Below, one piece after another: positions 37,153 to 47,615 of a DNA stretch of 64,000 nt. The notes below the pieces were generated by a model. That model was not told where the DNA came from. It saw only the letters and a list, made by a program, of their open reading frames with translations, and made no database searches. This DNA comes from a bacterium. Its GTDB lineage: Bacteria; SAR324; NAC60-12. The position numbers and the translations under genes were made by a program. The stretch is taken from the NCBI GenBank assembly GCA_965233585.1, contig CBDDTI010000746.1, positions 512,001 through 576,000 on the forward strand, written 5' to 3'. Numbering within the stretch: position 1 is the first letter of the stretch; each line of letters begins with the position of its first letter.

Positions 37153-37560
37153 ATGGTCTCATTTTTGTTAGTCCTTCACATTCTTTCTGTAACATTTGTG
37201 ATTGGCTCACTTTTCACTCAATCTTTAGTCTTGGTTTTGAGACACAAACTTGAATCTGAAGAACACATGGGCGCTGTTCAAAAGATTCAAAGAAAAGTCC
37301 ACCTGCTTCTCTTCCCCCCAAGTCTAGTGGTTGCCATCATCTCAGGACTCACTCTTGCCGTAAAAACAGGGGCTTTCACGACTGGCAAGTGGTTGCATTG
37401 GAAGCTCATCTTTGTTTTCATCTTCATCGTCTTCAGCATCATAGCAGGGGGGCAAATGAAAAAAAATCAAGTGGCTCCATTCTTCAAAATACTCATTCCT
37501 GTTGGTGTGTTGGTTCTTGCCACAGTGATTATTTACCTAGCACGAATCAAACCTTTTTAA
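37153..37560 (+). CDS. Four-helix membrane protein (CopD/HemJ/DUF2269-like)
   Basis: LHIL, WLHWKL and C-terminal KPF patterns. Confidence 0.55.
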   Translation: MVSFLLVLHILSVTFVIGSLFTQSLVLVLRHKLESEEHMGAVQKIQRKVHLLLFPPSLVVAIISGLTLAVKTGAFTTGKWLHWKLIFVFIFIVFSIIAGGQMKKNQVAPFFKILIPVGVLVLATVIIYLARIKPF

Positions 37561-37588
37561 CTTTTCTGCTGACAAGTCAAATGGAAAC

Positions 37589-38347
37589 ATGGACTTTGGC
37601 ACGTTAATCGGATTCATTTTAGCCTGTGCTTTGATTATCTTCGGCATGGGTTCTTACATCTCAGCCTTTGTAGATATTCCCTCTTTATTGATTGTTGCAG
37701 GTGGGACGATTGGGACTGTGCTGATGTCTTTTCCTCTTTCTACACTCAAAGGGCTTGGTGGGATTCTTAAAAAAGCTCTTTTTGCCTCTCCTCCTCAATT
37801 CCAAGGTGTTTTTGCAACCATCATGGAATTTGCAGCACGTGCCAGAAGAGAGGGTTTGCTCAGCTTAGAAGGTGTGGAAAATGACACAGATGATGCGTTC
37901 TTCATTAAAGGAATTAACATGGCTGTTGACGGATTGGAGGTAGCAATCATTGAAGAGACACTAAAGAATCAACTTGCCTCAACAGAAGACCGACACAAAA
38001 CAGGCTACACCGTGTTTATGACCATTGCAGCACTTGCCCCCGCAATGGGTATGATTGGAACACTGGTAGGGCTTGTGATTATGCTCCAAAATTTATCAGA
38101 CCCTGATGCCATCGGTCCCTCAATGGCGATTGCCTTGATTACAACATTTTATGGAGCTTTCATTGCCAATGTCATTGCCTTGCCTATTGCCAACAAACTT
38201 CAACGACGAAGCGAGGAAGAACTCCTTGTCATGCGTTTAGTCATGGAAGGAATCCTTTCTATTGCTGTTGGAGATAACCCACGTATCGTAGAAAACAAAC
38301 TCAACAGCTTTCTTGCTCCAAAAGATCATACTTCTTCAGCAGAATAG
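37589..38347 (+). CDS. motA: Flagellar stator protein MotA/PomA
   Basis: ARREGLLSLE, APAMGMIGTL.GL, MAIALITTFYG, GDNPR. Confidence 0.92.
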   Translation: MDFGTLIGFILACALIIFGMGSYISAFVDIPSLLIVAGGTIGTVLMSFPLSTLKGLGGILKKALFASPPQFQGVFATIMEFAARARREGLLSLEGVENDTDDAFFIKGINMAVDGLEVAIIEETLKNQLASTEDRHKTGYTVFMTIAALAPAMGMIGTLVGLVIMLQNLSDPDAIGPSMAIALITTFYGAFIANVIALPIANKLQRRSEEELLVMRLVMEGILSIAVGDNPRIVENKLNSFLAPKDHTSSAE

Positions 38348-38592
38348 CTGCTTAGAATCTTTTTCTTCAAACATTGTCCCAAACAAAAAATAAGAACCTG
38401 TTCCCCTTATTTTTTAATGGCTTGCTATCTATTTAATTTCAAGATAAGAGTTGAAGATAAAAACATGATGCTCGTACAAAAAACAAAGCCCTACCTAAAA
38501 CACTTTTAAAATTTTAAAAAAGGCTTTAAAAGAAAGTAACGGACTGAATTTGTGATTTGGAATACGAGGTCTGCCCAAGACGATGCCTCAGC

Positions 38593-39327
38593 TTACTTTC
38601 TGTTCAATATATCAGCAATGCGACCTCCCACTGTGGAGTTTTGTTTGCCAACCAAAGGAGATAATTGTTCAAGACGTTGTCTCAGCAAATTTCCTAGAAT
38701 TTGACGTTTGACCTTGACTTCGGGGTAAACGAGCTTGGTTGCAGAAACGATATTAGAGTCATCAATGTCCACAGGACGCAAGACCCCTTGAATGGTGGTG
38801 ATATAACGGACGCCATTTTGCTGACGATGATCCACTTTTTGTCCTCTGATGACCATATTGCCATTGGGTAGCACACGCACCACTTCTACCGACATGACAG
38901 AGGTAGAAGCTAAAATGTCGTTTTGGTCTTTTTCTAATTGATCCCGAAGCGTCAGGGCTTCCAGTGCAATATTTGCCCGACCTGCATCGGTTGTGGTGTC
39001 TTGTTCTGTTTGAGAAGTTTCAGGTAAAGTGATGATTTGACCAATCTCATTGATAGTTAAAAGGTCATTTTTGTAACGCGCTCTGTGGTCTCTCCAAAGG
39101 TTTCCAAATGAAGACTCATTACTCCATAGTGAGCCTTCGTATTGATTTCCCACAGAGGGCAATCTGGGACGCCTCAGTTGATTGGGCAATGTTTTTCTTG
39201 CAATTTCTGGAGTCTCAGGTTCTTGTGGCGTTTTCTGATTTCTCAAGACAGTGCAACTCATCGTGAAAATGCCTAGTAAGCCAAATAAAATCGCTTGTTT
39301 TATTTTGAAACACATCTTTGAACGCAT
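38593..39327 (-). CDS. flgH: Flagellar L-ring protein (divergent)
   Basis: Lipobox-like TMSC; GSLW, D.RA...ND.LTI, VVRVLPNGNMVIRG.K, G.LRPVDI; follows flgA. Confidence 0.85.
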   Translation of the reverse strand: MRSKMCFKIKQAILFGLLGIFTMSCTVLRNQKTPQEPETPEIARKTLPNQLRRPRLPSVGNQYEGSLWSNESSFGNLWRDHRARYKNDLLTINEIGQIITLPETSQTEQDTTTDAGRANIALEALTLRDQLEKDQNDILASTSVMSVEVVRVLPNGNMVIRGQKVDHRQQNGVRYITTIQGVLRPVDIDDSNIVSATKLVYPEVKVKRQILGNLLRQRLEQLSPLVGKQNSTVGGRIADILNRK

Positions 39328-39331
39328 GATT

Positions 39332-40324
39332 TTAATTCACTTGAACGGTGTTAGAGCTTAAAATTTTTGCCTGCACAATTTTTTTGCTGGAGAGATTCCT
39401 CACAGGGATTGTCTCACCACGTCTGCCGTGCTTCATCGCCACGCCAACTGTGCTGACACGAAACAACTCAGTTTCATACAAAATACTCATTTTGTCACCA
39501 GTTTTGACGATGGGTTGAACTTCTACAGTCCGAGTTTGTAGGGTCTCACCTGCGGCGATTGGACGTTTACTTTGCTTGCCAAGCAAATCAGATTTATCTG
39601 TGACATAATGAGAAGGGATTCTGTCCACATTCAGACGCACTTTCTCAATGTCGTTTTCTTTGATCACTTGGTTATAGCCTATGTCATTTTTGGCAACATA
39701 CACCTCTTTATAAATTTTGAGATAGATGCGGCTCATCACCGTTTTTGCTAACTTGTTGTTGATAAAAAACTCTACCTTATAAGTGCGGTACCCACCCTCT
39801 TTTTTATACTTGCCATGTAGTTTAACTTCATATTTTAGCTCTCCTTTAGGCAAGAAAATATCACGATTTTTAGAGAGCAAACGTGGCTTGATGTTTTCTG
39901 ATGGATATTGGTCTTGAATGTGAAACAACACCGCTTGGTCAATGTCTGAACCTGAGATTTGCAAGGCAGAGCGTCTGACTACTGTCCTTTGCTTCAAAGG
40001 AAACTCAATTTGAGAGACATCAACAAAACGTCTCATTTTAGAAAGAATGAGAGAGTTTGTGACAGTCAGAGAGCCACCGGGTAAAGGAGACCTGCCAATT
40101 TGAATGCCTCCAATTTTTGCAACAAAAGATGCCTCTCCTTCCAGTTTTGCAATGTCTGCAAGGGTATAATTGAGGTTATTCACTGTGGTTTGTTCTTGCA
40201 AAATCACTGATGCCGCACCTTTGATTTTTTTTGCCAAAGACTGTCCTGTGAGTCCAAATACAGTGAATCCTAACAATGCAATGCTAAACCTCAAAATTTG
40301 AGTGAGATGTGTTTGTGTTTTCAT
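39332..40324 (-). CDS. flgA: Flagellar P-ring assembly chaperone
   Basis: Signal peptide; SAF-like domain; G.A...G..GETIPVRNLSSKKIVQA. Confidence 0.9.
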   Translation of the reverse strand: MKTQTHLTQILRFSIALLGFTVFGLTGQSLAKKIKGAASVILQEQTTVNNLNYTLADIAKLEGEASFVAKIGGIQIGRSPLPGGSLTVTNSLILSKMRRFVDVSQIEFPLKQRTVVRRSALQISGSDIDQAVLFHIQDQYPSENIKPRLLSKNRDIFLPKGELKYEVKLHGKYKKEGGYRTYKVEFFINNKLAKTVMSRIYLKIYKEVYVAKNDIGYNQVIKENDIEKVRLNVDRIPSHYVTDKSDLLGKQSKRPIAAGETLQTRTVEVQPIVKTGDKMSILYETELFRVSTVGVAMKHGRRGETIPVRNLSSKKIVQAKILSSNTVQVN

Positions 40325-40336
40325 GGTTTTTAAAAA

Positions 40337-41125
40337 TTATTTTGCCAGTCCGTTGGCAGTTTGAAGCATTTGGTCGGCTGTTTGAATGGCTTTGGAATTG
40401 ACCTCATACGCACGTTGTGCCGTAATCATGTCCACCATTTCCTCCACAATAGACACGTTAGAGCCTTCTAAAAATCCCTGATTCAATGTTCCAATTCCAT
40501 TCATACCGGGCGTTTCTACAATGGGATTGCCTGATGCAGGGGAGGACAAGTAAAGATTTTTCCCCATAGGCGTCAGTCCTGCGGTGTTGGTAAATCTTGC
40601 AATTTGAATCGTGCCAATGGCTTGGGGCTGTGTTTCGTCACGTAAAAAGACAGACACTGTGCCGTCAAAACCAATGTTAATTTTTCGTGTTTCTTGAGGA
40701 ATATTGATTTCAGGGTCAAGCAACATACCATCAGGCGTCACCACACGTCCGAGTCCATCAATATTAAAATTGCCTGCACGGGTGTAGGCAATCGCTCCGT
40801 TTGGTTGCAAAATTTGAAAGAAACCAGGTCCGTCAATGCTGACATCTAATTGATTCCCTGTGCTTTCCATGTCTCCTTGTGTGTGAATTTTTTCAGTAGA
40901 GATATGCTTCACACCATGCCCGACATGAATCCCGACGGGGGATTGTGTCACAGAAGAAGATGCGGCACCTGCAATTCTTTCGTTGTGGTACAGCAGGTCT
41001 TGAAAGTTGTTGCGACTCTTTTTAAAACCATTGGTGTTCACATTAGCCAGATTGTTGGCAACGGTGTCTATTTGTTTTTGCTGTGCCGTCATTCCAGTTG
41101 CGGCAGTAAATAATGAACGCATCAT
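40337..41125 (-). CDS. flgG: Flagellar distal rod protein
   Basis: ANNLANVNTNGFKKSR, YTRAG, LEGSNV.IVEEMV.MI.AQRAYE.NSK. Confidence 0.97.
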   Translation of the reverse strand: MMRSLFTAATGMTAQQKQIDTVANNLANVNTNGFKKSRNNFQDLLYHNERIAGAASSSVTQSPVGIHVGHGVKHISTEKIHTQGDMESTGNQLDVSIDGPGFFQILQPNGAIAYTRAGNFNIDGLGRVVTPDGMLLDPEINIPQETRKINIGFDGTVSVFLRDETQPQAIGTIQIARFTNTAGLTPMGKNLYLSSPASGNPIVETPGMNGIGTLNQGFLEGSNVSIVEEMVDMITAQRAYEVNSKAIQTADQMLQTANGLAK

Positions 41126-41143
41126 AAGTCAGCCTCCTATTTT

Positions 41144-41917
41144 TTATGAGATACGCGAAAGTGAGATTGCTTTTTCATCAAGGCGGTCCATACTTTTCAT
41201 AGCAGACTGCACTTGCTCGTAAGCACGATTGCCTTGAATCATCGTCACCATCTCCTTCACAGAATTGACATTTGAAGACTCAAGCATGCCTTGCTGAACC
41301 TTCACAGAGCCATCTACAATCGGCACATTATCACTCCCCAGTGGAGCATACATGGACGAGCCAAGTTTTTGTAAATTATGAGGATTCCGAAACTTTGCTA
41401 ACTTCAGCTGGTCTATCAGTTGTCCATCAACGCTGATGCCTCCTTCATCATTAATGGCAATGTCATCACCTTCTAATTTGATAGCTCCATTTTGCCCGAT
41501 GACAGGGAAGCCATCTTTGGTTGTTAAAATCTTTTCTGAATTGATGGCAAATTGTCCTGAACGTGTGTAACGTTCCCCTTGCGGTGTAGAGACTGCAAAA
41601 AATCCTTGCGACTCAATGGCAAGGTCAAGCGGATTCCCTGTGGACTCCATTCTGCCCGGCTCAAAATTGTTTGAAACGGCATCTACTTTGACAGCTGATT
41701 TGTCCATGCCAACAAACAAGTCAAGATACTCATGGGACAAAAACTGCTCCTCATCAGATTCAGGAACAACCCGAGTTGCCTGTGACAAAACCTCTTTAAA
41801 AACAGGTTGATCTTCTTTAAAGCCTGCTGTGTTGACGTTTGCCAAATTATTAGAGGTCACCTCAAGTTTTTTTTCGTAAGCGTTCGTTGCTGAAATTAAG
41901 CTATAAATTCCACTCAT
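41144..41917 (-). CDS. flgF: Flagellar proximal rod protein
   Basis: Likely start MSGIY (41917); SNNLANVNTAGFK, TGNPLDLAI, LESSNVNSVKEM; upstream of flgG. Confidence 0.9.
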   Translation of the reverse strand: MSGIYSLISATNAYEKKLEVTSNNLANVNTAGFKEDQPVFKEVLSQATRVVPESDEEQFLSHEYLDLFVGMDKSAVKVDAVSNNFEPGRMESTGNPLDLAIESQGFFAVSTPQGERYTRSGQFAINSEKILTTKDGFPVIGQNGAIKLEGDDIAINDEGGISVDGQLIDQLKLAKFRNPHNLQKLGSSMYAPLGSDNVPIVDGSVKVQQGMLESSNVNSVKEMVTMIQGNRAYEQVQSAMKSMDRLDEKAISLSRIS

Positions 41918-41958
41918 TTTTTTAAGTTTGCCAAAAGGTCTGAATGTTAGGAAGGAAA

Positions 41959-41973
41959 GCAAGCGTTATGCCA
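41959..41973 (-). promoter_or_regulatory. sigma54 (-24/-12) promoter of flgFGAH
   Basis: Minus strand TGGCATAACGCTTGC, i.e. GG-N10-GC, about 40 bp upstream of the flgF ATG. Confidence 0.75.
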
Positions 41974-42087
41974 GAAGCCTGACAGTTCAGCAAAGTCAGA
42001 AAAAGTAGAGGGATTTTTTGACAAAATTGAAACAGAAGACCCTTGGTACAAGGGCAAAAGAGATTCTTGAATGAAGTGAAGGATTGG

Positions 42088-43842
42088 TTAATGAGGGAAG
42101 TAATCTTTCCATCGCTGGTCAACAAGCTGGCGTGTTGTGTCATCTACTTCTACTTCTTTGGGATACCAAGGCTTCATTCTGCAGTCAAAAACAAGTGGAG
42201 CAGAAAGGCGAACCTGATTTCTCATAATCGCTTGTTTTGCTGGATAAATATCAGCGGCAGGCTCAAAACGTGTGAAGGTTGACCAAATAAATGTTCTGTC
42301 ATCTTTGGCAACAGAGATGTCATCAGTCAAAACAATGATTGACCAGTCTTTGACGATGGGATCCTTGGCGAGTTCACTTGCATAGTTTTTGGTATTTTCT
42401 GAGTAAGCAGATGCTTGCACCACCAAAACGCCGCCACAATACATCGCTACTGCTTTTGCTCCGATGGGCAAGCGTTCAGGAAGAACTGTTTGTAAATCTC
42501 TGATTGGTTCACCAATTCCCAATAACACCGCTTTGCTCCCATGATTGACTTTGGGCCCCGTATAGTCTAAAGAATCCATTGCCAGATGAGACAAAATAAA
42601 GAGGTCGCTTTCAAAGCGGGTGCGTTTTAAAACATGCTCTAACATCAACTTAAAATTTTGTAAGTCTATGGCTTCATTGAGAACAATCAAAAACTTGGTT
42701 AATCCAAGCTGTCCCCCAGACTCTCCCAAAATTCTAAAAGCGGACATCATAGATTCACGTGCATAACGTTCTTTGACAATAATGGAACTTAATGAATGAT
42801 AGCCCGCCTCACCATAGCTCCAAATTTCACGTACTGAAGGCATCACCAGCTTACTCAAAGGTGAAAGCAGTGTTTGCAAATAATTTCCTAGAAAAAAATC
42901 TTCTTGCACAGGCTTTCCAACCACTGTTGCAGGATAGATGGCATTTTGACGATGAAAGATAGTTTTGACGTGAAACACAGGATAAGGATGTTGGAGAGAG
43001 TAATATCCATAATGGTCACCAAAAGGTCCTTCTGGTCTGGTTTCGTGAGGGGGAACATGTCCGTAAATGCAAAACTCTGCATCTGCCAGCAAGGGGAGTG
43101 TGATGCCTTGTGGCTTGGTCGTTCTTAATTTTTTCTCTTGAATGAAAGATGCCAGCATCAGTTCAGGAATGTTTTCAGGTAGAGGAGCAATCGCGGCAAG
43201 CATCAATGCAGGTGATCCTCCGAGTGACACGCACATTGGCAAAGGTTGGTCTTGTGATTCATGGTAATGGAATCCACCGCCTTTTTGGATTTGCCAATGA
43301 ATGCCTGTTGTGCAGTCATCGTAAATTTGTATGCGATACATGCCAAGGTTATGCTCGCCTGTTTTGGGTGATTCTGTATAAACCAAGGGCAGGGTTAAAA
43401 AATGCCCTCCATCTTCTGACCAAAGTTTCAAAGCGGGGAGTTCTGTCAGCTTGGGCGTGTGCTGAACACATTCTAAAATTGGAGCAGATTTGACTTTTTT
43501 TAATCCCGTAGAAAGCCCTGCACGCAGTAAATGCTTTTGCTTCCAAAGTGTTGGAAGTTTAGGGGGCAGACCTCCTTCAACTATTTCAATGACGCTTTTA
43601 AGGAGTTGTTCTGGACGACTTCCAAATGCCATTTCTACACGCCTTGCTGTTCCAAAAAGATTCGTGACACATGAAAATTTCGCACCTTCAACGTTGGTAA
43701 AAAGTAAGGCAGGACCGTCTTCTGAAATGACCCGCCTGTGAATCTCTGCAATTTCTAAGTTAGCAGAGACTGGGGCATCAATGACTTGTAATTCTCCTGA
43801 TTGTTTCAGTAAATCAAGATAGTCTCGTAAATTTTGAATCAT
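42088..43842 (-). CDS. UbiD family prenylated-FMN decarboxylase
   Basis: NLGMYRIQ, EGPFGDHYGYY, TVVGKP.QED, LDYTG. Confidence 0.92.
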   Translation of the reverse strand: MIQNLRDYLDLLKQSGELQVIDAPVSANLEIAEIHRRVISEDGPALLFTNVEGAKFSCVTNLFGTARRVEMAFGSRPEQLLKSVIEIVEGGLPPKLPTLWKQKHLLRAGLSTGLKKVKSAPILECVQHTPKLTELPALKLWSEDGGHFLTLPLVYTESPKTGEHNLGMYRIQIYDDCTTGIHWQIQKGGGFHYHESQDQPLPMCVSLGGSPALMLAAIAPLPENIPELMLASFIQEKKLRTTKPQGITLPLLADAEFCIYGHVPPHETRPEGPFGDHYGYYSLQHPYPVFHVKTIFHRQNAIYPATVVGKPVQEDFFLGNYLQTLLSPLSKLVMPSVREIWSYGEAGYHSLSSIIVKERYARESMMSAFRILGESGGQLGLTKFLIVLNEAIDLQNFKLMLEHVLKRTRFESDLFILSHLAMDSLDYTGPKVNHGSKAVLLGIGEPIRDLQTVLPERLPIGAKAVAMYCGGVLVVQASAYSENTKNYASELAKDPIVKDWSIIVLTDDISVAKDDRTFIWSTFTRFEPAADIYPAKQAIMRNQVRLSAPLVFDCRMKPWYPKEVEVDDTTRQLVDQRWKDYFPH

Positions 43843-43978
43843 GTTTCCTTGCTTCTGAAATGGTTTTTCAAATAAAAGTTTTTTGCTTTCTTCTTGGCTT
43901 TCTAATCAATGATTTCAGTATAGCATACTGATTGCTGACTTTCTTAAAATGAAGAGACGATGGGACATTCAGGACGTT

Positions 43979-45337
43979 TTAAATCTGGAATTTTTCCAAA
44001 GTTTGCACTAGCTTTTTCCCCTTATGCAAAGTCTCTTCGTATTCTTTGAGTGGTTGGCTGTCAATCACAATACCACCTCCTAAACCGATAGAAATTTGCC
44101 CTTGATGCACAACGGGAGTCCTGATTGCCACATTAAACTCTGCATTTCCATCAAAACTAATCCAGCCGATAGACCCTGTGTAAATTCCACGTCGTCGGTT
44201 TTCCAGCTTGGCAATTTGTTGCATGGCAGACAATTTGGGCGTTCCTGTAATAGATCCGCAAGGGAACAGAGCTTGAATCAGATCAAAGACGTCATGTTTT
44301 TGGTCAAGGACACCTTCAATCGTTGAGACTAAATGATGCACACTGGCAAAAGTTTCAAGTTTGCAAATTTTTGGCACATAGACACTGCCAACTTCGCAAA
44401 CTTTTCCCAGATCATTACGTTCAAGGTCAACAATCATCATCAGTTCTGCAAGGTCTTTTGAGCTTTTTTGTAAGAGTTGCTGGCTAGTAGAATCTTTGGC
44501 AAGGTCTTCAAAACGTGGGGCTGTTCCTTTGATAGGTCTGACCATCACTTGACGATTTTGAAGTTTAAAAAACAATTCAGGTGATGCACTCAAGACGGCA
44601 TCATTTTGCCCAAAAGGAAGGAATGCACAGTATGACGCAGGGTGTGCATTCACAAGCTCTTGGTAAAGTGCCAAAGGATTCCCTTCAAATGATGCACAAA
44701 GCTCACGAGACAAATTGACTTGATAAACAACGCCTTGACGAATGCACTCTTGGATTTCTTCTACTAACTGACAATATTGCTCACAAGACAAATTAGAATG
44801 GAGTTGACCAACTTTTACATGGTTTTGAGGTAAGGGGAGATTTTTTGTTTTTTGGTCTAAGTCCAAAATTTCTTGTAAGCGCACTTGATTTCCATAAAAT
44901 GACCACTTTTCTTGCAAGTGATTATAGACAAGAGACCAATCATAAAACAAAAAGTAGGCTTCAGGCAGAGAACTTGGCAGGTATGGAATTTTTTCTCTCC
45001 AAAAGGACACTCCCAAGTCATAGCTTAAAAATCCAATACAACCGCCATTAAATGTTGGTGCAGGGCTAACAGCATCAGGGACAAATTCTGCCAAAGTAGA
45101 ACGGAGGGCTGACCATAATGAATCAAACGATCTAGTGTTGCTTGGAGTCTCTACCAGAATTTGAGGCAGTTGACAAGTCAGAGAAGCAACAGGGTCTGCC
45201 GCAAGAATAGAATAGCAGGAAGGAGACACTTGAGGCATGGTATTTTCCAAAAAAGTCGCATTTGGAAATTCATGATGTAGCCTTGCAAAAAAATGTTTTG
45301 GGGATTGAGCAAGCGTTATGTCTGATCGGCAAACCAT
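43979..45337 (-). CDS. pabB: Aminodeoxychorismate synthase component I
   Basis: YQVNLS, SASPELF, PIKGTAPR, KDLAELMMIVDLERND, FPCGSITGTPK. Start uncertain. Confidence 0.88.
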   Translation of the reverse strand: MVCRSDITLAQSPKHFFARLHHEFPNATFLENTMPQVSPSCYSILAADPVASLTCQLPQILVETPSNTRSFDSLWSALRSTLAEFVPDAVSPAPTFNGGCIGFLSYDLGVSFWREKIPYLPSSLPEAYFLFYDWSLVYNHLQEKWSFYGNQVRLQEILDLDQKTKNLPLPQNHVKVGQLHSNLSCEQYCQLVEEIQECIRQGVVYQVNLSRELCASFEGNPLALYQELVNAHPASYCAFLPFGQNDAVLSASPELFFKLQNRQVMVRPIKGTAPRFEDLAKDSTSQQLLQKSSKDLAELMMIVDLERNDLGKVCEVGSVYVPKICKLETFASVHHLVSTIEGVLDQKHDVFDLIQALFPCGSITGTPKLSAMQQIAKLENRRRGIYTGSIGWISFDGNAEFNVAIRTPVVHQGQISIGLGGGIVIDSQPLKEYEETLHKGKKLVQTLEKFQI

Positions 45338-45606
45338 TCTTGCAAAATTAAGGAGATTTGAATCGCTTGTTTGGCACTAGAAATGTTAAATTTGCTTTTC
45401 TGTTTAAAAACTCCTTGTTGTTTTTGATAACGTCTGATGGTTGCCTTAGGTTCACCAAATTCCCCGGTCCTAACGTTTAGCTCACGATAGTGAAATAAAA
45501 CCGTTGTCCATGCTCCCTTAGAAAGCACTTCTTTATCCAACTCTTCTACAACAACCTGACCGTCTTCTTCAAAAGTCACCGTTAAATCATCAATGGTCTC
45601 GCTCAT
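45316..45606 (-). CDS. Conserved hypothetical protein
   Basis: 96 aa ORF with a globular-looking sequence (LSKGAWTT, TIRRYQK, SKFNISS), overlapping the pabB start. Confidence 0.7.
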   Translation of the reverse strand: MSETIDDLTVTFEEDGQVVVEELDKEVLSKGAWTTVLFHYRELNVRTGEFGEPKATIRRYQKQQGVFKQKSKFNISSAKQAIQISLILQEWFADQT

Positions 45607-45722
45607 CTTTCAAACATTTTAAAATTGCACACAAAAATTAATCCCTGAATTATATCTATAATCATCAAAATTTGATAACCTTTTCTGCTCGTCTAACCTC
45701 TAGCTATGTGTTTTAAAACCAG

Positions 45723-46655
45723 ATGTTGTCTACGTTCAATGCGCTGTTTCCTATCTTTTCGCTGATTGCATTGGGTTTTGTATTTCAATTCAGACAATTT
45801 CCATCAGCTCATTTTTGGGAGAATGCAGACAAGTTGGTTTATTACGTCCTCATTCCGTCTTTTTTAGTAAAAAGGCTAGGGTTTTCACAGCAGTTAGGAC
45901 TTGATGCAACAGGCGTCACCACCATTGCAGTTGTTTCAATCCTCACTGTGTCTATCAGTCTTATGATGTTTCAAATGGTGTTCAAACGCAATGGTGCATC
46001 GTTTTCTTCTATTTATCAAGGGGCGGTAAGATTCAATGCGTACGTTGGGCTTTCTATCATTGGGGCAATGTATGGGGAGGCAGGATTGACCAGTTTTTCT
46101 GCAGTCATGGGAGGCACGATTCCTGTCATCAATCTCTTGTGTATTGGAGTTTTGAATGCCTATGCACAGGGGCAGATGTCTTTGAAAGCATTTTTGCTAC
46201 CTACGTGTAAGAACCCTTTAATCTGTGCAACGGTGATAGGGCTTTCCATACGTTACTTTCAAATTCCTGTGCCTCAACCTGTTCAAGATGTTGTGGGACT
46301 TTTAGGACAAGCGGCACTACCTTTGGGTCTAGTTTCGGTGGGTTTTGCACTTCGTTGGAAAATTAACATGTCCAAACTCACCGATGTCATTTACTCCTGT
46401 ACTTTCAAATTTGTTGTTTTGCCAATGTTTGGAGTTTTGGTAGGCATTTGGTGGCAGATGACACCCAGAGAGATAGAGTTGTTAACACTTTACCTATGCT
46501 TGCCAACCGCTGTCAGCGGTTACATTTTTGCAAAACAGCTGGGGGGAGATACAGAATTGATGTCAACCATCATCACAATTCAAACTGTTTTAGGCTTTGT
46601 CATCATTCCTCTCATGTTTCAAATTCTGCCAGTGATTGATGCGGTCAAGTTTTAA
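45723..46655 (+). CDS. AEC (auxin efflux carrier) family transporter
   Basis: VYYVLIP, RFNAYVG, NPLI, AALPLGL, PTA.S.YI.AKQLGGD. Confidence 0.9.
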   Translation: MLSTFNALFPIFSLIALGFVFQFRQFPSAHFWENADKLVYYVLIPSFLVKRLGFSQQLGLDATGVTTIAVVSILTVSISLMMFQMVFKRNGASFSSIYQGAVRFNAYVGLSIIGAMYGEAGLTSFSAVMGGTIPVINLLCIGVLNAYAQGQMSLKAFLLPTCKNPLICATVIGLSIRYFQIPVPQPVQDVVGLLGQAALPLGLVSVGFALRWKINMSKLTDVIYSCTFKFVVLPMFGVLVGIWWQMTPREIELLTLYLCLPTAVSGYIFAKQLGGDTELMSTIITIQTVLGFVIIPLMFQILPVIDAVKF

Positions 46656-46731
46656 TGTTGCTGTTTTACAAGTAATTGGTTGTTGACAGATTTTTGATTG
46701 ATGCGGTCAAGTTTTAATGTTGCTGTTTTAC
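46633..46731 (+). repeat. 37-bp perfect direct repeat (46633-46669 and 46695-46731)
   Basis: TGATTGATGCGGTCAAGTTTTAATGTTGCTGTTTTAC twice, 25 bp apart. Confidence 0.95.
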
Positions 46732-47609
46732 TTCTCCAAAGCTCCAATTCTGACTTTTCTCCTTTCATAATCAGGTTTGAGACGTTGAAACATTGCCTTA
46801 TAGCGGGCGCAAATAGTGCTGTTTTCTATTCCCAAATTATATGCAATCTTGTCGTATCCTTCTTCTGAATCAACAGCTTTACGATAAGTTGTATTTTTTT
46901 CTTCTATTTGTGAAAGGAGGATTCTCACCTGTTTAAAGAAGGAGATGGTTGCAGATTCTCCTTGAATCAAAGGTCTAATTTCTTGCTTAATCTCATTGGC
47001 ATTTTGAGAGTCTGCATTACTGGCACCGACTTCTTGAATAAGCCTTGCGATGTGACTTTCTAGTTGAGGATACTGTCTGACTAAAAAACGTTGCATCGTG
47101 TCAATGTTTCCATTTAAAACTTCCAATAACAAATCACACCTAACAGAGTTGATGAGATAGCGGTTAAATTCTTTTTCAAGTTCTGCGCGCGAACGCACGT
47201 GGACAGGAGAAAAAGAGGTGACGCCTTTTCTTTTCAAGGGTGCATCAAGAGCAAGAATTTTCCATTCTTTGTCTTGACGTTCCTTCACCTTTTTTAAAAG
47301 GTCTTCACGCTTCTTTTTTTCACGTAGCCGTTGTTGTTTTGCAATATTTTTAAGAGAGCTACTTTCATTGCGCTTCCACACCAGATCAATGAACTGGTTT
47401 TTGTCAATACTTTTGATTTTTTCCAGCCCAAGAGACCTGAGTACTGAGACAAAAGTAGAGGGGTGGATTCCCTTGGATTCTTGACAAGCCAGCATTCCTG
47501 CAAGCCATCTTGCTTCTTCTTCGGAAATTTGGAAACGTTCCATGCAACGTTTCAACACAGCTTGATTTGTTGAAACTTGCTCTTGATTGGAATGAGTGGT
47601 GTCTGTCAT
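46728..47609 (-). CDS. Hypothetical protein (helical, basic)
   Basis: 293 aa ORF in operon-like arrangement; no motif recognised. Confidence 0.7.
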   Translation of the reverse strand: MTDTTHSNQEQVSTNQAVLKRCMERFQISEEEARWLAGMLACQESKGIHPSTFVSVLRSLGLEKIKSIDKNQFIDLVWKRNESSSLKNIAKQQRLREKKKREDLLKKVKERQDKEWKILALDAPLKRKGVTSFSPVHVRSRAELEKEFNRYLINSVRCDLLLEVLNGNIDTMQRFLVRQYPQLESHIARLIQEVGASNADSQNANEIKQEIRPLIQGESATISFFKQVRILLSQIEEKNTTYRKAVDSEEGYDKIAYNLGIENSTICARYKAMFQRLKPDYERRKVRIGALEK

Positions 47610-47615
47610 AAATCA

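Noticed and set aside
46633..46731. 37-bp repeat with 25-bp spacer as a mini CRISPR array
   Set aside because: Only two copies, both overlap coding ends, no palindrome or typical repeat terminus, and no cas genes in the window.
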